Assembly (NCBI GenBank): GCA_965215885.1
Contig: CBDCEW010000011.1
Coordinates: 1 to 14,272, forward strand
Length of the DNA: 14,272 nt
Reading direction: 5' to 3'
Source: Candidatus Moanibacter sp.
Lineage (GTDB): Bacteria; Verrucomicrobiota; Verrucomicrobiia; Opitutales; UBA2987
This document shows, piece after piece, positions 8,372 to 14,272 of the stretch. Numbering within the stretch: the first letter of the stretch is position 1; each line of letters begins with the position of its first letter. Both the position numbers and the translations under genes were made by a program. Below the pieces are notes generated by a model. The model was not told the origin of the DNA, made no database searches, and saw nothing but the letters and a program-made list of their open reading frames with translations.

Positions 8372-10780
8372 GTGACGACATCAAAATTCAGGATCGCCCT
8401 CCTTTGCGGAGGCCCCTCTCTTGAGCGAGGAATATCTCTCAACTCGGCTCGCTGCGTCTGTGATCACCTACACACCGACACGCTCGAAATCGTCCCGATC
8501 TATTTCGACAGGAGGCTTAGGACTTACGAGATTTCGCGGGGGCAGCTTTATTCAAACACACCATCGGACTTCGATTTCAAGATCGACGCAGCGAAGCGAC
8601 TCAGTCGATCCAGCCTCGAATCGGTGCTGCGGAAAGTCGATCTGGTCTTTCCCTTAATCCACGGAAAGTTTGGCGAAGGCGGCGAAGTTCAGAGCTGGCT
8701 TGAAAGGCTCTCTATCCCATATGTCGGACCCACCTCAACCGCATGTCGTCGTTGTTTCGATAAATACAAGGCCAGGGCGTTTTTGAATTCTCACGGTTAC
8801 CATACCGTCCCAACACTTCTAATTCGGAAAAGCCGGCCGAACTGGAGAGCCGCCGTCGATCGATTCTTCGAAACACAAAAACTGTCACGCGCGATCGTAA
8901 AACCATCACAGGGTGGCTCGAGCATTGCGGTGCATTCCGTTTCGAGCGTGGCGCAAGCCTGCCATAAGATCGAAGAGATATTTTTGCAAAGGATCGACGA
9001 CAGAATCGTCGTGGAACCCTTTTCGCACGGTAGAGAATTTACTGTTATTGTGCTGGAGAACACCCGTTCAAATCCCGTGGCCCTCGTTCCTTGCGAGATC
9101 GAATTGGGAGACCGGGGTGACGCCATATTCGATTATCGCCGAAAGTACCTCCCAACCCGTCAGGTTACCTATCACTGCCCTCCGCAATTCGAAGACGAGG
9201 TCGTCGAGCGAATTCAACTGGAGGCCGAGAGGCTCTATTCACTCATCGGATTGCGGGACTTCACGCGATTGGATGGTTGGCTTTTGCCCGATGGAAAAAT
9301 CTGGTTTTCCGACATAAACACCATCAGTGGAATGGACCAGAACAGCTTTCTTTTTATTCAGGCTGCCCGCATGGGGATGAGCCACAGGGATGTTCTGCAG
9401 ATCATCGTAAGAAATGCTTGCCGTCGTTTCGGCGCGCAGTTTCCCGATGAGCCGATTTCTCCGGACAAAGGAAAGCTTGAGGTTCAGGTTCTGTTTGGGG
9501 GGAAAACCGCTGAGAGACAGGTCTCGATGATGAGTGGCACAAACGTTTGGCTCAAGCTGCGCCGTTCAGAATTCTACGATCCCAAACCTTTTCTTCTGGA
9601 ATCGGACTCCCGTGTTTGGCAACTACCCTACTCCTATACCCTGAACCATACAGTCGAGGAAGTGCTGGAGATGTGCCGCAATGCTGAATCTGTAGAGGCC
9701 CGTCTCGTGTCCTACCGAAAGCGCTTCCACCGGAAAATGCTGCAAGAGAGAGCTAAATACCGGGGCGACACGGACCGCCCGAAGTCGATGGAACTGGAAA
9801 AATTCATCGAAAGCGCCTCCTTCGTCTTCATCGCACTTCACGGAGGATTTGGAGAAAACGGAGGTTTGCAGAGCCTTCTCGAGTCGAAGGGGGTGCCGTT
9901 CAACGGATCCGGCTCCAAGACATCAAGACTGTGTATGAATAAGCTGGAGACGAGCCGGTCGATATCTCACTTCACGGCGGACGGTATACTCACCGCGAAG
10001 AAAACCTCCGCTCGAATCAGAGATATCGAACGTCTCAACTCACGTGCATTGGATCGATATTGGGACTCTCTCGTTGCCGAGCTTTCTACCGAACGGATCA
10101 TAGTAAAACCGATCGACGACGGCTGCTCTTCCGGCATCGCAGCGCTTCATGATGCCGGCGATCTCAAGCGCTATATTGCTCATGCCGCCGAAATAGAATC
10201 ACACATACCATCCGGAACCCTGACAGGTCAGGAAGAGATCGTCGAAATGCCAAGCGAGCGAATGGATGAGATTCTGTTCGAGGAGTTTATTGAAACGGAC
10301 CGTGTCGCTATTACCGATCAATCTCTTGATTGGGATTCGAAAGGTGGATGGGTAGAAATCACCGTTGGAGTGCTCGAGGACGAGGCCGGCCTTAAATCGC
10401 TCTCGCCCAGCATCACCGTTGTGGAAGGTTCTCTTCTGAGTCTTGAGGAGAAATTCCAGGGAGGTACAGGTGTCAACATCACCCCGCCCCCCACCGCCCG
10501 CGTGCCTCCCGAAACAGTAGAGGCCGTAAAGACCCGCATCGAGAAAGTCGCAACCGCGTTGAAAATCAGGGGCTATGCTCGCATCGATGCGTTCATGCAC
10601 ATCGAAACAGGAGAGATTATCGTTATCGAGGCAAATACTATCCCCGGATTGACACCGTCGACAGTAATTTTCCAGCAGGCTCTCGCGGAAGATCCACCCC
10701 TCTATCCTACCGCATTCCTCGAAAGAATCACGCAACAGGGCATGAAGAGAGCAGCAAAGAGCAAAGAGTGCCCACCCTAA
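8372..10780 (+). CDS. ddl: D-alanine--D-alanine ligase family protein with two tandem ATP-grasp ligase modules, 802 aa
   Basis: Module 1: GGPSLERGISLNS, IHGKFGEGG, DK, KPSQGGSS, REFTV, RLD, DINTISG. Module 2: GGKTAERQVSMMSG, LHGGFGENG, MNK, KPIDDGCSSG, EITVG, RID, EANTIPG. GTG start with no obvious SD. Confidence 0.9.
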   Translation: MTTSKFRIALLCGGPSLERGISLNSARCVCDHLHTDTLEIVPIYFDRRLRTYEISRGQLYSNTPSDFDFKIDAAKRLSRSSLESVLRKVDLVFPLIHGKFGEGGEVQSWLERLSIPYVGPTSTACRRCFDKYKARAFLNSHGYHTVPTLLIRKSRPNWRAAVDRFFETQKLSRAIVKPSQGGSSIAVHSVSSVAQACHKIEEIFLQRIDDRIVVEPFSHGREFTVIVLENTRSNPVALVPCEIELGDRGDAIFDYRRKYLPTRQVTYHCPPQFEDEVVERIQLEAERLYSLIGLRDFTRLDGWLLPDGKIWFSDINTISGMDQNSFLFIQAARMGMSHRDVLQIIVRNACRRFGAQFPDEPISPDKGKLEVQVLFGGKTAERQVSMMSGTNVWLKLRRSEFYDPKPFLLESDSRVWQLPYSYTLNHTVEEVLEMCRNAESVEARLVSYRKRFHRKMLQERAKYRGDTDRPKSMELEKFIESASFVFIALHGGFGENGGLQSLLESKGVPFNGSGSKTSRLCMNKLETSRSISHFTADGILTAKKTSARIRDIERLNSRALDRYWDSLVAELSTERIIVKPIDDGCSSGIAALHDAGDLKRYIAHAAEIESHIPSGTLTGQEEIVEMPSERMDEILFEEFIETDRVAITDQSLDWDSKGGWVEITVGVLEDEAGLKSLSPSITVVEGSLLSLEEKFQGGTGVNITPPPTARVPPETVEAVKTRIEKVATALKIRGYARIDAFMHIETGEIIVIEANTIPGLTPSTVIFQQALAEDPPLYPTAFLERITQQGMKRAAKSKECPP

Positions 10781-10844
10781 GAGCCTTCGGCGGACTTCGC
10801 ATTGAATCGATCCATTCCGACTGAGTCTGCTCCACCCCACGCCT

Positions 10845-10934
10845 GTCATTGCGAGGAGGAACGGCGAAGCAATCCACGATTGCGATCTCGCGGAATGGGA
10901 CTGGATTGCCACCCCCGCTCCGCGGGATCGCAAT
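10845..10934. repeat. Palindromic element of the GTCATTGCGAG...CGCAAT type (RPE-like)
   Basis: GTCATTGCGAGGAG...GAAGCAATCC and GGATTGCCAC...TCGCAAT. ATTGCGA/TCGCAAT and GCAATCC/GGATTGC pair. Confidence 0.75.
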
Positions 10935-10980
10935 CTTTGTCTTGCAAAAAATCCGGCAATGATCCCATATCCTCCGGATT

Positions 10981-11709
10981 ATGAGTAACGCACCCTTGTC
11001 AAACGAACAGCTGACGGAATTGGCGAAGTACGATACGCCTACAGTTTGCAACGCAATTGAACTATTCGACGTCCGGCCGCGAAACACCGGCTATATGGAC
11101 AGCCGGATCACGGCCTGCTTCCCGGAAATGCCGCCTATGGTCGGCTATGCATCCACCGCCACCTTTCGTTCCGACAACTCTCCGGAAGGTGTTGACGCAT
11201 ACGCGGGAATGGATAGTCAACTCGCTGACTTTGAGGACCTTCCCGGACCGCCTGTGGTTGTTTTCCAGGATCTTGACGATCCTACTGCATCAGCCACGTT
11301 CGGTGAAGTGATGTGCACGGTTTACAAGACCTTTGGCGCCGCCGGCATTATTACCAGTGGGGCGGGACGTGATCTCGACCAGGTTAGAGATTTAGGATTT
11401 CCTGCCTTCACAAACGGAACAATCTGCGCACACGGCTACTGCACGATAATGGATGTTCACGTCTCCCTCCACGTGGGCGGTATTACAATAAACCCCGGCG
11501 ACCTGCTTCATGGTGATTGCAACGGTGTCACTACCATCCCCAAGGAGATTGCTTCTGAAGTGGCGGACGTCTGCAAAGGCTTCTTCGAGGCTGAGGATAT
11601 CGTTCTGAGCTATTTGAAGAGTGGGGATGCAAACCGAACAGGCCTGTCCGAGGCGCGCCAAGGGTGCATGGATGTGATCAGCACAATGGGCGATCGGGTG
11701 AAAAGGTAA
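10981..11709 (+). CDS. RraA family protein (HMG/CHA aldolase-like)
   Basis: DTPTVCNAIE, PPMVGYAST, ATFGEVM, GAGRDLDQV and INPGDLLHGDCNGV motifs; 242 aa. Confidence 0.9.
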   Translation: MSNAPLSNEQLTELAKYDTPTVCNAIELFDVRPRNTGYMDSRITACFPEMPPMVGYASTATFRSDNSPEGVDAYAGMDSQLADFEDLPGPPVVVFQDLDDPTASATFGEVMCTVYKTFGAAGIITSGAGRDLDQVRDLGFPAFTNGTICAHGYCTIMDVHVSLHVGGITINPGDLLHGDCNGVTTIPKEIASEVADVCKGFFEAEDIVLSYLKSGDANRTGLSEARQGCMDVISTMGDRVKR

Positions 11710-11813
11710 ATCGCGGTTAGGGAAACTCCTGGAGCAGCAAAGCCGCAACCGGAAAAGAGAGGGGAAAGCGGTTGTCGAGGCGTGCCGGGATACCCCTGAT
11801 TCGAACTTCCCGA

Positions 11814-12629
11814 CTAAATCACTTCGCCACTGTCATCACCGATCGGCTTGGTATCGCCTAACGCCTTTCTGATCTGATCGATCTCTTCAGCGGTTCGCTG
11901 TTCGAAGGCAGTCACATCGCTATTATTGACAATTAAATTCGCCCCCGCCTCCGTCCAGGCCACTTGGGCATCGACACCGAACCACCAATGGATTCCGGCG
12001 CCGATGCCATGAGCGCGTGCCTTCTGAAAGATCTCTCTCACGGCCGCATCGAAATCTGCATGACCGTATTGTTCGGGAATTCCCAAGCTGATGGAGAGAT
12101 CGTGAGGTCCGATAAGCACCCCATCTAACCCTTCAACAGAAACAATCTCGTCAAGCGACTTCATGGCGGGTCTACTCTCGATATTAGCGATCAACACCAA
12201 GTTTTCGTTGAACGACCTGAGGTACTCCACCAGATTAGCATCACGTTCTTCGCCGCATTCCAGGAACTCTTCAAGTTTCTGTCCCTTCAACGGCCGGTAT
12301 TTCGTAGCTCCCACAAGCCTTTTTACCTGCTCGACAGACTCAATATAGGGGCCAATTATCCCTTGGGCTCCGGCGTCGAGAGCCTTGCAGGCTTCATAGG
12401 GATCGGGAGAGGGAATCCTCACAATCGGTGCAACCTGAATGGCGCGATAAGTCCTGCACATCCATGACAGCTGATGGCGGTCAATGGGAGTGTGTTCCGT
12501 ATCGATGAATACAAAGTCCAGCCCGATTCGCTTGATCGCGGCCGGCCAAACCGGCGATGGCGAAACGATACAGGTGCCGTATACTCGATCGCCCCTGTGC
12601 AAAGCTTCCCTAATCTGTTTTCCTGTCAT
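11814..12629 (-). CDS. HpcH/HpaI family class II pyruvate aldolase, about 271 aa
   Basis: DFVFIDTEH, PIVRIP, LDAGAQGI, ANIES and LIGPHDLSISLG motifs. ATG 12629 (MTGKQIR) is preferred because GGAGGG lies 10 nt upstream. Confidence 0.9.
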   Translation of the reverse strand: MTGKQIREALHRGDRVYGTCIVSPSPVWPAAIKRIGLDFVFIDTEHTPIDRHQLSWMCRTYRAIQVAPIVRIPSPDPYEACKALDAGAQGIIGPYIESVEQVKRLVGATKYRPLKGQKLEEFLECGEERDANLVEYLRSFNENLVLIANIESRPAMKSLDEIVSVEGLDGVLIGPHDLSISLGIPEQYGHADFDAAVREIFQKARAHGIGAGIHWWFGVDAQVAWTEAGANLIVNNSDVTAFEQRTAEEIDQIRKALGDTKPIGDDSGEVI

Positions 12630-13361
12630 CTTAACTTTTCCCTCCAAGCATTTATCACACTGCGTCTGTCCGAATATTAATCAAAATTCCGGATTAACCG
12701 AAAAGAACACGAAAGTCGTCGATTGGGAATTCGGAACCCGATCGTGTGGATCACTCAGCAGAATCCGAAAATTCACTTGCTGCCAAGTGAAAAATAGAAC
12801 CTTTGACTCCCTCACTTTCTACAAAAATCATCGTCTGGGACGGAAACGCAAGACCGACTTGATAAACGACTCTAGTGGAGGGTATGCGAACAGGCCCCTG
12901 TCTCTTGGTGGACGACATGAGGGATTCCGGTTGGCGAAAGGATCAGAAACTTCGCTCGGCGGACTTGAATGCGGGGAAAAAACGGTTTTAGGTGTTAGGT
13001 TAGTACGTTCCAGGTTGGAGATGCGTATTTGTGCGTGCTACCTTCCGCGTTCAGAGAACAGGCGGGCATTCGACCCTTCAACGAACTGAGAGTGCATTCG
13101 ATCGTGAATCCCTCGCGGCGGGGCTGCCAGGAATGGGCAATTCAGAGCTTGCGCCATTTCAAAGCAGCGTTCGGCTTTCTTCCAGCCTTTTGGCCCAACG
13201 ATCCCCCTCAGGGACCACCATCACCGAGCACATCCCGGACAAGAGTTTCCAGCCTGATTTTCGACAGGCTCTGCACCATGAAAGCGCTCCTTCAGGCCGG
13301 TCTCAACGGGGGCGTGACCGCACCGGCAGAAGAGAATTTCTGATACGAGATTTTATTATGT

Positions 13362-13370
13362 TGCTATAAT
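13362..13370 (+). promoter_or_regulatory. Extended -10 promoter element (TGcTATAAT) upstream of the collagen-like gene
   Basis: Exact TGnTATAAT in an AT-rich patch, 68 bp before GTG 13438. No clear -35. Confidence 0.5.
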
Positions 13371-13437
13371 GTATTCGATCAGAAAATAGTAGGAGATACA
13401 TATCCAAGAATCTCAGTGGAGGACTAGGACTATTAAA

Positions 13438-14272
13438 GTGAAGAAGAAACTACTGTCAGATCATCATCCAATTCTCAAACATGTAATCATTTTCGTGGCG
13501 TTGCTGTTCTTCGCAACTTCGCCTGTCTTTGCGAAAAAAGACAAGGATAAGGATAAGGACGGCGAGCAGGGGAGCCGAAATCTGAGGATCGTAGCCGCGG
13601 AGCCCGACCTCGAAGCGGGGACGATTCTCATCACCGGCTTTAATTTCTCCACGGGTTCTTCTTTTGATGGGGTGGTGGAGCTCTTCTTCCCGTCGGATGC
13701 GGAGGAGGGGCCTGCTGAGCTCACGGTCATATCATTCGATCCGGACGTGCCCCAGATAATCTTTGCCGGGCCGCTACCCGGAGGCATAGAGGATTTCCCC
13801 GGTACCTACGTTTTGCAAGTGCGCAGAGAGGACGGCTCTGGCGATAAAGCAAAGGCAAAGATAAAGACGGGCATTCGCCCGGCAGTGCCGATGACATTGA
13901 TGTGACCTTCGGCGCGGTAGGGCCATCGGGCGCCACCGGCCCCCAGGCCGACCAGGGGCCGCAAGGCAAGATCGGACCACAGGGCGACCCGGGTGCGCAA
14001 GGTGCACAGGGCAAGATCGGTTCACAGGGCGACCCGGGCGCACAAGGCGTTCAGGGCAAGATCGGGCCGCAGGGTGTTCAAGGCAAGATCGGACCACAGG
14101 GTGTCCGTCCGGAGGGGCCTTCGGGACCCGGAGGGCCCACCGGACCTTCAGGCGACCAGGGTGACCCAGGTGAGCAAGGAGTCCAGGGCAAGATCGGACC
14201 TCAGGGTCCGCAGGGTAAGCTCGGGTCGCAAGGTGTCCAAGGCAAGCTCGGGCCGCAGGGTGACCCGGGTGC
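13438..14272 (+). pseudogene. Secreted collagen triple-helix repeat protein with an apparent frameshift near 13849; runs off the right edge
   Basis: Signal peptide (MKKK...IIFVALLFFATSPVFA) and a beta-rich domain (ILITGFNF...PGTYVLQV). A second frame continues KGKDKDGHSPGSADDIDVTF, then about 39 G-X-Y triplets from 13911 to the edge. Could be a sequencing error rather than a true pseudogene. Confidence 0.8.
13911..14272 (+). repeat. Collagen G-X-Y coding repeat with recurring QGK(I/L)GPQG units
   Basis: GAV GPS GAT GPQ ADQ GPQ GKI GPQ GDP GAQ GAQ GKI GSQ...; CA(A/G)GG(C/T)AAG(A/C)TCGG occurs 7 times. Confidence 0.95.

Noticed and set aside
7732..8372. CRISPR array or integron attC array
   Set aside because: There is no conserved direct repeat beyond 4 nt, unit lengths vary from 78 to 176 bp, there are no cas or intI genes, and there are no RYYYAAC/GTTRRRY cores or cassette ORFs.
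8139..8372. 77-aa ORF upstream of ddl
   Set aside because: It spans repeat units 4 and 5, has no SD and no recognisable family.
10728..11087. ORFs 10802-10984 (+) and 10728-11087 (-)
   Set aside because: They read through the RPE-like palindrome and overlap real genes.
11747..11775. Hairpin CAACCG...CGGTTG between the convergent aldolase genes as a terminator
   Set aside because: The stem is short, the loop is long and there is no U-tract on either strand.
12830..12960. Possible c-di-GMP riboswitch (GGAAACGCAAGACC, GGCGAAAG)
   Set aside because: I could not build the required paired stems, and it is far from the next start codon.
12484..13369. ORFs of 201, 104 and 112 aa
   Set aside because: No motifs or SDs; they overlap each other and the aldolase gene on the opposite strand.

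Overview
Bacterial chromosomal window of moderate GC, with metabolic and envelope genes separated by intergenic DNA very rich in repeats. Intact-looking CDSs: GH20 hexosaminidase, PPOX/F420-type oxidoreductase, RHH antitoxin, Zn-dependent MDR dehydrogenase, DUF805 protein, MFS transporter, an 802-aa two-domain D-Ala-D-Ala ligase resembling plant plastid DDL, an RraA-family protein and a HpcH/HpaI aldolase. Decayed genes: a LacI-type sensor relic, an SDR with a nonsense codon and internal deletion, a VapC toxin cut to 32 codons, and a frameshifted secreted collagen-like gene at the right edge. A possible IS end and transposase start lie at the left edge. The most striking structure is 7732-8372. 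Nearly the whole spacer between the divergent MFS and ddl genes is five different inverted-repeat-bounded units of 78-176 bp, laid end to end and separated by CTAG or CTAG-like 4-mers. One junction of this array recurs at 5821-5860. Family assignments are from motif recognition by eye; no searches were run.
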